From Clostridium sp. CAG:594 (GTDB lineage Bacteria; Bacillota_I; Bacilli_A; RF39; UBA660), in contig FR881489.1 of the NCBI GenBank assembly GCA_000434835.1, forward strand, positions 41,750 to 102,238: a DNA stretch of 60,489 nt, given 5' to 3'. Both the position numbers and the translations under genes were made by a program. Positions 7,869-16,581 of this stretch are shown in pieces (within the stretch, counting starts at the first letter, position 1; every line of letters begins with the position of its first letter). Below the pieces are notes generated by a model. That model was given only the letters and a program-made list of their open reading frames with translations, searched no databases and was not told the DNA's origin.

Positions 7869-9737
7869 CTATTGATTAATACTTCCACTACCTAATAGGT
7901 ATTTTTGTATTAGTAATAAATCTTTAATTGTTACTGCATTATCTTTAGATACGTCTGCTGCCATTTTATTTGCACCACTTAAACTTACGTTTCTAAGTAA
8001 ATGTTTTTGAACAAGTAATAAATCTTTAATTGTTACTGCACCATCTCCTGATATATCTCCATAAACAACCGTTTCAAATGCCATATCATCAATTGATATT
8101 ATATCTCCTGTTGCAATCTTTCCACTTACTTTAGATATCCAATTTTTATTCAAAGTACTTACTGTTCCGCCTTGTTTTTGTAAATAATTCTTAATACCAG
8201 AGATATCTTCTCCTAATCTTACCCCACTTAAATATGAACCATTTAACTTGTAGCCACAATTAGTTACCTTCTTATCAGGTTTTACTACTGGTTTAGCTGT
8301 AGTTGTAGTTGTAGTTTTAGTTGTTGTAGTAGTTTTTTTTGTTGTTTCATTTTTCTTTGTAGTTGTTGTTACATTATTTTTTGTCGTTGTTGTAACAGTA
8401 CTATCATCTTTTTTATTATCAACTTCAGTACTACCATTTGACGTATCATTACCACCTACAGTGTCAGTTCTAGAAACTTTAAACGCTTTATCTGGTCTTG
8501 CGTTATAAACCGGAATAACAAAGTTGTAACTATTTCCTAGTTTTCCGTTTGTACTATAAGAATTATATATGCTAGAAGCCTCAGACTCTGGTGCCATTAT
8601 ATTTGTTTGGTACTGATGAGTATAAGCGTTTCTTACCCTATCTTTAGATACGTTAAACTTTTGGAAATATAATGTATCTTGGCCCTTTGTTATGTATCCA
8701 GAGCCGATAAACTTAGCTCCTTCGGTAATTGCTTTTTGAATGCCATTCCATCCGTTATTCTTTGCATACTCAAGACCCTTTAAGTAGTTATCTGCTCCCG
8801 ATGTTGCTCCTATATTATAGAAATTATAATATCCTTCATAACCAGAGACTTTACCACTTGATGCAGAAGAACCTCTAGTTCCCATTTCTTGAAGTGCACG
8901 AGATGCTAAATGAACAGATGATACGTTAGATTCTTTTGCAGCCTCTATAAAAGCATTAGCATAAGTTTTAGTAACTCCATTTTCAGTAAAGCTTCCACTC
9001 ATAAACGTTCCACTTAAAAGTTTTGAAACAGATGAATCTTCATTAGCATTGTAGGCTAAACTTTGAAACATAAACACGTTTTTTTCTGTTAAAAAATTTC
9101 TTGCATCCATATAGTACTTAACCGCATCTTTAGCAGGTGCATACCAACTTGTACCATCAACTAATAATCCGTTTGGATAAATACTATCTTTAAACATAAG
9201 TGATGGATAGTATTTAGATATTGCACTAGTACCCTTCTGACTTTCTGCTTCTGCTGCATCTTCCCAGTTAAGGCTTGTATAATCGGCCTCAAAAGTCCAG
9301 TTAGGATGTGCGGCATGCAATTTTCTTAAATAAGGTTTATAGCTAGCAGGAAAAGAGCTTATTTTATCTTCAAAAGCTGAATCATCATTATACGAATAAT
9401 TTTTTACATCATACATGCACGCTTTTGCAAGATATCCAGTGTATTCTCTTGCAGCATAATCCATCTTTACCGCATACCAGGTTTGATTACTTTTTCCGTT
9501 GTTAGGACCAGTTGTAGTTTTTATATACGAAACTTCTTGATTTACCGCTACCTTAACATCATCATTTCCATTTTTTACAGCGCCAACCTTATCACTTGGA
9601 GCTGTTCTAAGTGCGCATTTATATTTAGCTTTGTACAAGTCATATGAAAATGCATTTACTTTAGGCATCACAATAAAACATGAAAAAATTGTCAAAAATA
9701 CGATTAATAAACTTTTCTTTTTGCTAAGCATTTTCAT
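7869..9737 (-). CDS. secreted GH73 N-acetylglucosaminidase (autolysin) with Thr-rich linker and C-terminal type-I-like dockerin
   Basis: Signal peptide, then a tentative SH3b-like segment. Glucosaminidase core (SVHLASRALQEMGTRGSSASSGK...YYNFYNIGATSG...GQDTLYFQKFN). T/K-rich linker. The C-terminus carries the duplicated 22-mers GDISGDGAVTIKDLLLVQKHLL and ADVSKDNAVTIKDLLLIQKYLL (dockerin Ca-binding repeats). The next gene starts 11 nt downstream. Confidence 0.85.
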   Translation of the reverse strand: MKMLSKKKSLLIVFLTIFSCFIVMPKVNAFSYDLYKAKYKCALRTAPSDKVGAVKNGNDDVKVAVNQEVSYIKTTTGPNNGKSNQTWYAVKMDYAAREYTGYLAKACMYDVKNYSYNDDSAFEDKISSFPASYKPYLRKLHAAHPNWTFEADYTSLNWEDAAEAESQKGTSAISKYYPSLMFKDSIYPNGLLVDGTSWYAPAKDAVKYYMDARNFLTEKNVFMFQSLAYNANEDSSVSKLLSGTFMSGSFTENGVTKTYANAFIEAAKESNVSSVHLASRALQEMGTRGSSASSGKVSGYEGYYNFYNIGATSGADNYLKGLEYAKNNGWNGIQKAITEGAKFIGSGYITKGQDTLYFQKFNVSKDRVRNAYTHQYQTNIMAPESEASSIYNSYSTNGKLGNSYNFVIPVYNARPDKAFKVSRTDTVGGNDTSNGSTEVDNKKDDSTVTTTTKNNVTTTTKKNETTKKTTTTTKTTTTTTAKPVVKPDKKVTNCGYKLNGSYLSGVRLGEDISGIKNYLQKQGGTVSTLNKNWISKVSGKIATGDIISIDDMAFETVVYGDISGDGAVTIKDLLLVQKHLLRNVSLSGANKMAADVSKDNAVTIKDLLLIQKYLLGSGSINQ

Positions 9738-9760
9738 ATAACCAACTCCTATTCACATTA

Positions 9761-9769
9761 ATTATAACA
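9761..9769 (-). promoter_or_regulatory. extended -10 promoter element TGTTATAAT for the GH73-dockerin operon
   Basis: The complement of attataaca lies 24 nt upstream of ATG 9737, with a GGAG Shine-Dalgarno sequence between. Confidence 0.5.
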
Positions 9770-9955
9770 TGAATAAAGCATCAAAATATAAATATTTAGT
9801 CTAAATAAATACATAATTGTCAAATATTGTAAAGCCGTTTTCGAATAATCTTTTATTTTAAAAGCATCCTATTAATATGAATGATTTTGGTATTCTAGCA
9901 AAGTTGTTTTTTGTCTAATTTTATTGTATACTTATAAAGTACTAGAGGTGATATT

Positions 9956-11584
9956 TTGGAAAAGAAAAAAAAGAAATTTAAAAAGGCAGTATTACTACTA
10001 TTTCCTTTATTAATAATCTATTATTTATCTAGCATATACTTCGTAAAAGAAATATATTATTATAATTCGTCAAAAAGTTTTATGACCTACGTTGTTTATG
10101 CATCTATCATATTAACAGCATTATTTATGGTTATATTTACTATAAGAGGTTTTAAATGCATAAAGAAAAATAAAACTAAAAGTTATGTTTGGTATTTTAT
10201 ATTTATTATACTGTTTATTATATTTGAATTATTCGCAAGCATAAACATAAGTAAAATATCTAATTCTTTATCTAAAATAACTAATAAAGAAGCTGGATAC
10301 TCAACTAGTTTAGTTACTTTAAGTTCTTCTAAAATTAATAAAATAAATGATTTAGATGATGAAAACTTAATTGGTATGATAAGTGATACAAACAATGTTG
10401 AAGGTTATAAACTTCCTATGGAAATCGTAAAAAGTAAAAAAATAGATAAAAAAAGTATTGTAAGCTACGACGATTTCACTTCAATGCTTAAAGACTTATA
10501 TAACAAAAAAATAGATGCTATGTTTGTTAGTTCATCTTACGTATCTATGTTTGCTAGTTTAGATGGATATGAAAACATAGGAAATGATACAAAGGTAATA
10601 TATGAAAAAAATAAGAAGGTAATTAAAAAGACGTCAGAATCAAATAAAACGTTAAACGAACCTTTTACTTTACTTATTATGGGAGTTGATTCAACTTCTA
10701 CATCACTTAAGAAAAGTAATTCATTTAATGGTGATACATTAATGCTTATTACGTTTAATCCAAACACTATGAATGCTACCATACTAAGTATTCCAAGAGA
10801 TACTAGAGTACCTATTGTATGTACTAGATCAAAAGCTAAAAATAAAATAAACGCAACGGGAGCTTATGGAGCTGACTGCGTAATGGATACGATAACAAGT
10901 TTTACTGGTATTAAAATTGATTACTGGGTAAAAGTTAACTTTAAAGGAGTTGTATCACTTGTTGATGCATTAGGCGGTGTTGATATAGATGTTCCATATT
11001 CATTCTGCGAACAAAACAGTAACAGAGATTTTGGTAATGATACAATATACATAGAAAAAGGACGTCAAACATTAAACGGAGAGCAAGCCCTAGCCTTTGC
11101 AAGAAATAGACATCCTTGGCCACAATACTGTGGAAAAAAATATTCTAAATACACAAGTAATGATTTTATAAGAGGTCAAAACCAACAACAAATAGTAAAA
11201 GCCATGACTAATAAATTAAAAGATGTAAGAAGTTTATCTCAATTGTATAAACTACTTGATATCGCAGGAGATAACTTAGATACAAACATTGATAAAGATA
11301 CTATGATTACTGGATTTGATACCTTTAAAAATATCATCTTTAATTCTAAAAATATAAACAGTGAAGACTTTGTTGGAACACAAAGACTATATCTATCTGG
11401 TTATGATAATACCATTAATGGTATTTACTACTTTGAGTATTCTACCGAAAGTTTAAAAGAAATTGTTGACGCAATGAAAATTAACCTTGAAATTAAAAAT
11501 CCAGAAATGGACAAAGAATTTAGTTTTTCAATAAATAGTCCTTATGAAGATACACAAATAGGAAAAGGAACTTATAAAAAGTAA
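9956..11584 (+). CDS. LytR-CpsA-Psr (LCP) family wall-polymer ligase with N-terminal TM region
   Basis: LCP core LLIMGVDS...GDTLMLITFNP...ILSIPRDTRV...IDYWVKVNFKGVVSLVDALGGVDIDVP...LNGEQALAFARNRH. TTG start at 9956 after GAGGTG. Confidence 0.85.
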   Translation: MEKKKKKFKKAVLLLFPLLIIYYLSSIYFVKEIYYYNSSKSFMTYVVYASIILTALFMVIFTIRGFKCIKKNKTKSYVWYFIFIILFIIFELFASINISKISNSLSKITNKEAGYSTSLVTLSSSKINKINDLDDENLIGMISDTNNVEGYKLPMEIVKSKKIDKKSIVSYDDFTSMLKDLYNKKIDAMFVSSSYVSMFASLDGYENIGNDTKVIYEKNKKVIKKTSESNKTLNEPFTLLIMGVDSTSTSLKKSNSFNGDTLMLITFNPNTMNATILSIPRDTRVPIVCTRSKAKNKINATGAYGADCVMDTITSFTGIKIDYWVKVNFKGVVSLVDALGGVDIDVPYSFCEQNSNRDFGNDTIYIEKGRQTLNGEQALAFARNRHPWPQYCGKKYSKYTSNDFIRGQNQQQIVKAMTNKLKDVRSLSQLYKLLDIAGDNLDTNIDKDTMITGFDTFKNIIFNSKNINSEDFVGTQRLYLSGYDNTINGIYYFEYSTESLKEIVDAMKINLEIKNPEMDKEFSFSINSPYEDTQIGKGTYKK

Positions 11585-11597
11585 GTTCCTTTTTTTT
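11565..11597 (+). terminator. intrinsic terminator of the LCP gene
   Basis: 10-bp stem 11565-11574 aaggaactta / 11582-11591 taagttcctt with a 7-nt loop, followed by a T-run 11592-11597. The stop codon lies inside the hairpin. Confidence 0.7.
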
Positions 11598-11604
11598 AGG
11601 ATAA

Positions 11605-11613
11605 TGTTATAAT
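11605..11613 (+). promoter_or_regulatory. extended -10 element TGTTATAAT for the O-antigen-ligase-like gene
   Basis: tgttataat lies directly after the LCP terminator, 28 nt upstream of ATG 11642, which is preceded by AAAGGAG. Confidence 0.5.
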
Positions 11614-11641
11614 GTTATTATAGCTAAAGGAGTTCGTAATA

Positions 11642-12907
11642 ATGATTAAAAAACTATTTAAAAACTATGAAAAAATATTTATGGTATTTTTGTATTTACA
11701 GCCATTTTTAGATTTATCCGCAGGCGTTATGCTTCATTTTAATATTAATCTAACAATTAGTTCAGTAATAAGAATCTTATTTATGGTGGTAAGTTTTATA
11801 TACTTAATTTTTTATATAAAAAATAAAAAACTTAATATATACTTAGGATGTCTAATACTTTATTTTATAATGTTTATAACAACGGTTTTAATAACAAAAG
11901 GTTATCCTGCCCTATTTTATGAGGTTAAAAACCTAATTACAACTTACTATTTTGTAGTTATTACACTTACACTCATATGTCTTTATAAAAAGACCCTTTT
12001 TAACACTAAAAACTTACTTATAATATACATAATATATTTAATATGTCTATTTATTCCAAATGTATTTAACATTGGTTTTAACAGCTACTACGAAAGTAAG
12101 ATAGGTTCTGTTGGATGGTTTTTATCCGCTAATTCAGTAGGTAGTATTTTATCTGTTATACTTCCTATACTACTTATTAATATTAAGAAAATAAACTTAA
12201 AAATAATAATACTTGGATTAATAAACTTATATGTAATATTTGGTATAGGAACAAAGGTTCCACCACTTGCGTTTATATTAGTAATTGGCATAAACGTACT
12301 TTACTATGTTATTACGTTAATAAGAAAAAAAGAATACAAGAAATTATCCATTATCTTATTACCAGTTATAATAGTTTTTATAGCATCATTCTTTATATTT
12401 CCAAAAACTCACTTTTATAAGAACTTAGTTATTCATATTAATTATTTAGAAAAAAAAGATAACGGAAAAATAACTACTTGGCACATAATAGATCATTTTA
12501 TATTTTCTGAAAGACTTTCATTTGAAGAAAAAACAAGAAAAGCATACAATAAATCCAGTATTCTTGAAAAGGCATTTGGAATTGGTTATATAGAAAATTA
12601 TTCTACAGATAAAGTAAGGCTTAAAACGGTTGAAATGGACTATTTTGATGTATTTTATAGACATGGCATATTTGGCTTTATAATCTTCTTTTATCCATTA
12701 GTATACGTTTTAAAAGGCATACTAAGTAACAAATATAAGTTAAATAAAAAAACACTTAATATTGGTTTATCAATTATACTTATATTTATTCTCGCCCTAT
12801 TTCAAGGACATATATTTGTAAATCCTGCAAACAGCATTTATGTAGCATTAATATTAGCATTAACCTATAATAAAGGTATGGTATTTAAAAATGAAAAACA
12901 AGCTTAA
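11642..12907 (+). CDS. O-antigen ligase family (Wzy_C-like) polytopic membrane protein, possible TacL-like polymer ligase or polymerase
   Basis: 421 aa with ~10-12 hydrophobic helices and a late extracytoplasmic loop followed by DVFYRHGIFGFIIFF (resembles the HN..L...G motif region of the family). Family call from overall pattern only. Confidence 0.6.
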   Translation: MIKKLFKNYEKIFMVFLYLQPFLDLSAGVMLHFNINLTISSVIRILFMVVSFIYLIFYIKNKKLNIYLGCLILYFIMFITTVLITKGYPALFYEVKNLITTYYFVVITLTLICLYKKTLFNTKNLLIIYIIYLICLFIPNVFNIGFNSYYESKIGSVGWFLSANSVGSILSVILPILLINIKKINLKIIILGLINLYVIFGIGTKVPPLAFILVIGINVLYYVITLIRKKEYKKLSIILLPVIIVFIASFFIFPKTHFYKNLVIHINYLEKKDNGKITTWHIIDHFIFSERLSFEEKTRKAYNKSSILEKAFGIGYIENYSTDKVRLKTVEMDYFDVFYRHGIFGFIIFFYPLVYVLKGILSNKYKLNKKTLNIGLSIILIFILALFQGHIFVNPANSIYVALILALTYNKGMVFKNEKQA

Positions 12908-12923
12908 ATTAAAGCTTGTTTTT
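12894..12923. terminator. bidirectional intrinsic terminator between convergent genes
   Basis: Perfect 12-bp stem aaaaacaagctt (12894-12905) / aagcttgttttt (12912-12923) with a 6-nt loop. The A/T runs in the arms give a U-tail on either strand. Confidence 0.7.
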
Positions 12924-12926
12924 TGA

Positions 12927-13604
12927 TTAGTCCATCTCTACTATATATAACTTATTATTATCATCTTTAATAATGATCATTTTAGCTTCTTTTTCATAGC
13001 CTAAGTCTTCTTTATAATCCCAAGAGATAGTTACTTTATAAGCATCTACTGTTGTTCCGCTTACAGTTGTAGTAGCAGTTCTCTTATAACTTCTACGTTT
13101 AGTAGTAGTTGTAGTTGTTGTTTTAGTATCTTTAATAACAAACGTAGTATTTTCTACCTTAACATCATCTATTAAACTTACTTCCGGAAGCTTTTGAGTT
13201 CTTTTATCTGACTTAACTTCTACGTACTTATAAAACGTACTTCTTGCTTGATCAATAAAGTTATCTCTCATATCTTCCTTAATAAACTGTGTTCCACCAA
13301 TATCGTTTTTAGATAACTTATTACTTAGGGTATAAAAGTCAATTATAAATAATTTTGATATTTCTTTAGCATAATCTTCATAATTTACGTTTTTAGCTGA
13401 TAAAACTTTATCTAACTTTTCAAATTCTTCTTTATAAAGCGCAGTTTCATTTTCATCTAAAGTATATCCATACTTAGATATTGTTTTAATTACTTTTACT
13501 TCATTTTCATCAGTTTTAAAGAAAAACATATAAACTAACATTCCTATAATTAAAAGTAATACTAATACTATAAGGGCAATTAATATCTTTTTACTTTTTT
13601 TCAT
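12927..13604 (-). CDS. membrane-anchored extracytoplasmic protein of unknown function with Thr-rich segment
   Basis: 225 aa, N-terminal TM anchor (ILIALIVLVLLLIIGMLVYMFFF) and a TKTTTTTTTKRR tract. Overlaps the ltaS stop by 14 nt, which suggests translational coupling. Confidence 0.6.
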   Translation of the reverse strand: MKKSKKILIALIVLVLLLIIGMLVYMFFFKTDENEVKVIKTISKYGYTLDENETALYKEEFEKLDKVLSAKNVNYEDYAKEISKLFIIDFYTLSNKLSKNDIGGTQFIKEDMRDNFIDQARSTFYKYVEVKSDKRTQKLPEVSLIDDVKVENTTFVIKDTKTTTTTTTKRRSYKRTATTTVSGTTVDAYKVTISWDYKEDLGYEKEAKMIIIKDDNNKLYIVEMD

Positions 13605-15669
13605 TATTACCTCCTGCTTCTAAATCATAAACAATAATCGAATCAGAAACTTCTAATAATTTATTAGCATACTCTTTATTCTTTTCTATCTCATCATCGT
13701 TTACAACACTATCTTTTAATAGTAAGTATTCTTCCTTTTGTGCATTATAATACATTTTATCAGTTACCCAGTTACCATTAGGAAATACGACAATATTATT
13801 ATCAGTATTAAATATGTCGTGACCTAGAGCATACTTATAATTAAAGTTAAACATATTAGCAAGAGTTGGCATTGCATCATACATACCCATTACTTTATCT
13901 ATCTTTTTATTTAGTAATTTATTACCACTACTATTTTTCGTCCAAATAATAAATGGTACCTTTCTATTTAATTCATAGTTATAATAATCTACATCAACAT
14001 AATTTTCATTAGAACTGTCATAGTATTCATTTTCACCAGATGCTTTACTAGCCTCAAAATCATAGTTATAGAAATGTTTATATTGTTTTTTAGATATTTT
14101 AGCATCATGGTCTCCATATATAGCAATAACCGTATTTTCTAATAATCCTTGGCTATCTAATTCGTTTATAAGCTCTCCAATTGCAGAGTCTGCATAGTGA
14201 ACTGATTTATAATATCTACCAAGCTCAGACCCTTCTAGGTAAGGTAAACTTTTTTCCACAGTATTTCCATTAGAATCTGTTTCAGTATATTTATAATCAA
14301 CTGTGTAATCACCATATTTATCTTCATCTTCCCAAGGAGTATGATTTGATAAAGTAATTAAAGTTACAAAGTAATTATTATTTTTTTCACTTATTTTCTT
14401 TATTTTATTTGTAGCCTGTTTAAAGAACGCTTTATCTGATAATCCCATCCCCATAATATCATCTGAGTTAGAATAATCAAATGAGTCTTTTGCATAAAAC
14501 TTATCATATCCAAGTGTTTGATGCATAACGTTTCTATTCCAGAAGGATGCGTTATTAGCATGCATACTAGCAGTATAATAGCCTTTATTTTTAAATATGT
14601 TAGGCATTGCTTCATAAGTTCTTTTCCAGTAGTTAACAAATACCGTACCAGTTGATGCTGGAAGAAGTGAAGTATTAAAAGTAAATTCTGTATCACTTGA
14701 CGTTCCAACACTTACTTGTGGATAGTAATTTGAGAAGAACAATCCCTCATTTGCTAATTTATTTAAGTTTGGTGTTAACTTCTGATTATTAAATGATAGC
14801 GTCATATTTTGAGTCATCATACTTTCAGCATGAATAACAATTAAGTTTTTACCTTCAAATATGTTCTTATATTCATTCGTTTTATCATTTACGGTATCAG
14901 TTTTTTTCTTTTCATCATAAAATTCCCTAACCGTTTTAGATGCACTATCATAACCAAACAAACTAGTAAACTTAGACTGAGTACTTTTAATTGCATCATT
15001 TAATTGATATACATAGATACCAAATCTTTGAACTAAGTACTCCCTATTCCATTGTTTTTTTAACCTACTATAATCAGATCCACTCATCATTGTAATGGTA
15101 AAAAATGTCATTACTGCACCCAAAATTACGGTGTTTAAGAATCTTTTTTTAGGTCTTTCAAGTTTTTCAACTTTAGAATAATACTTTTTCTTTTTTAAAA
15201 TAAAGTGAATAATTGGAAGTGCTATTACAGGAAATATTAATATAACATCTTTAAGATGAATTAATCCTGTTACAATATCCCCATTCATATCTCCTAAAAA
15301 TGATGCTGTTGATAAAAGTGAAAATGATGCAAACGAAACATAATTCTCATAATATACAGCATTTATAATACAAGCTGCCGTCATAACTATCGTAAGTGGC
15401 ATTAATACTCTTATTTGTTTCTTTGGTTTTAAAAGATATGCAAATGAACCAGTAATTAGTATAAATGCTAAATCTGATATGATACCTTTAAAACTAAATA
15501 AATTTCCCATTGTAACTATTCTAAGTAACCAAGAATTAAATAAATTTATTAAAACAAAAGTTATAAAAAGTACATTAGTTTTTATGTATCTTATTAAACT
15601 TATTTCTTTTACTCTTGTTTTTATTTTTAAATATGTCTGTTTTAAAAAGTTTTGTATTTTATCTTTCAT
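13591..15669 (-). CDS. ltaS: lipoteichoic acid synthase family protein (LtaS-type sulfatase-fold phosphoglycerol transferase)
   Basis: 692 aa. Five N-terminal TM helices plus an extracellular sulfatase-like domain (NLIVIHAESMM, GTSSDTEFT, LSNHTPW, YGDHD). Confidence 0.85.
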   Translation of the reverse strand: MKDKIQNFLKQTYLKIKTRVKEISLIRYIKTNVLFITFVLINLFNSWLLRIVTMGNLFSFKGIISDLAFILITGSFAYLLKPKKQIRVLMPLTIVMTAACIINAVYYENYVSFASFSLLSTASFLGDMNGDIVTGLIHLKDVILIFPVIALPIIHFILKKKKYYSKVEKLERPKKRFLNTVILGAVMTFFTITMMSGSDYSRLKKQWNREYLVQRFGIYVYQLNDAIKSTQSKFTSLFGYDSASKTVREFYDEKKKTDTVNDKTNEYKNIFEGKNLIVIHAESMMTQNMTLSFNNQKLTPNLNKLANEGLFFSNYYPQVSVGTSSDTEFTFNTSLLPASTGTVFVNYWKRTYEAMPNIFKNKGYYTASMHANNASFWNRNVMHQTLGYDKFYAKDSFDYSNSDDIMGMGLSDKAFFKQATNKIKKISEKNNNYFVTLITLSNHTPWEDEDKYGDYTVDYKYTETDSNGNTVEKSLPYLEGSELGRYYKSVHYADSAIGELINELDSQGLLENTVIAIYGDHDAKISKKQYKHFYNYDFEASKASGENEYYDSSNENYVDVDYYNYELNRKVPFIIWTKNSSGNKLLNKKIDKVMGMYDAMPTLANMFNFNYKYALGHDIFNTDNNIVVFPNGNWVTDKMYYNAQKEEYLLLKDSVVNDDEIEKNKEYANKLLEVSDSIIVYDLEAGGNNEKK

Positions 15670-15701
15670 AATAACCTCCTAAACATATTTTTAACAATAC
15701 A

Positions 15702-15710
15702 ATTATAACA
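15702..15710 (-). promoter_or_regulatory. extended -10 element TGTTATAAT for ltaS
   Basis: The complement of attataaca lies ~33 nt upstream of ATG 15669. AGGAGG Shine-Dalgarno sequence at 15674-15679. Sits immediately after the upstream terminator. Confidence 0.5.
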
Positions 15711-15711
15711 T

Positions 15712-15741
15712 AAAAAAAGTCTTTTTTAATCAAGACTTTTT
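15712..15741 (-). terminator. intrinsic terminator after the YihY-family gene
   Basis: 9-bp stem 15715-15723 / 15732-15740 (aaaagtctt / aagactttt) with an 8-nt loop, followed by a T-run on the minus strand. Overlaps the stop codon. Confidence 0.55.
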
Positions 15742-16574
15742 ATTTTAGAAGTTTTTTCTAATTCTTCATTTAATTTATAATTATTTATTGTCATTCCTAA
15801 AACGAATATATAACTCATCCAGTATATCCAAATCATTAATATTATTAAGTTAGATAAGTTACCATAAAACTTTGAATAATTTGCTAAATGAGTAACATAA
15901 AATGAGTAAATAAACGTTGTTGCACCCCATATAATTGTAGTAAATAAAGCTCCTTTATTAACACTTTTACTTGGAATTGTAACATTAGGCGCTATTGTAT
16001 ATATTACTTTTATTGCTATAAATATCATAAAGAATACAAAAGGCCATTTAATAATGTCGTAGAAAATTGATGTATAAGGAGATATAGTACCATTTACCTC
16101 TGTTATATAATTTACAATTCTACTTCCAACAGATAAAATACCAACAATCGATAAAACTAAAAATATTAGTATTATAAGCATTATTATGGCTTTTATTCTG
16201 GTTCTAACAAAATTTCTTTGCTTTCCACCATATATCTGTGTTGATGCAATTATTATTGAATGAGTTGCTTTAGCCGCGATGTAAAACGCTGTTATTATAA
16301 ATAATATATCAAGTGTTCCAACTTTTTGCTGTTCAAATATGGAAATAATTAATCCCGAAACCCCGGTTGGTACATAATGAGTAATAAAGTTTGTTACTGA
16401 ATCAAAGCTAAGTGATAGTTTTGATGCAAACATAACTAATAAACTTATTAATGGGATTATGGACAATAACACAAAAAATGATATTTGACCAGGTAATATT
16501 GACATTAAAGGAGTATTCATAAGAGAAATATTTTCTTTTATAGACCCCTTTATTTTTTCCTTTTTCTTTTTCAT
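15726..16574 (-). CDS. YihY/BrkB (virulence factor BrkB) family membrane protein
   Basis: 282 aa, six hydrophobic helices. N-terminal pattern GQISFFVLLSIIPLISLLV is typical of the family. Confidence 0.7.
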   Translation of the reverse strand: MKKKKEKIKGSIKENISLMNTPLMSILPGQISFFVLLSIIPLISLLVMFASKLSLSFDSVTNFITHYVPTGVSGLIISIFEQQKVGTLDILFIITAFYIAAKATHSIIIASTQIYGGKQRNFVRTRIKAIIMLIILIFLVLSIVGILSVGSRIVNYITEVNGTISPYTSIFYDIIKWPFVFFMIFIAIKVIYTIAPNVTIPSKSVNKGALFTTIIWGATTFIYSFYVTHLANYSKFYGNLSNLIILMIWIYWMSYIFVLGMTINNYKLNEELEKTSKIKSLD

Positions 16575-16581
16575 AAGTCAC

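Noticed and set aside
8290-8400. Repetitive gtagtt/gttgtt DNA (also at 13080-13130) that looks like a tandem repeat
   Set aside because: It is the coding sequence of Thr/Lys-rich linkers in the GH73 protein and the 225-aa protein. The repeats are irregular and in frame, so this is not a non-coding repeat array.
14400-14711. 103-aa minus-strand ORF in an alternative frame inside ltaS
   Set aside because: It is fully nested within the sulfatase domain coding region of ltaS in another frame. It has no Shine-Dalgarno sequence and no recognisable motif.
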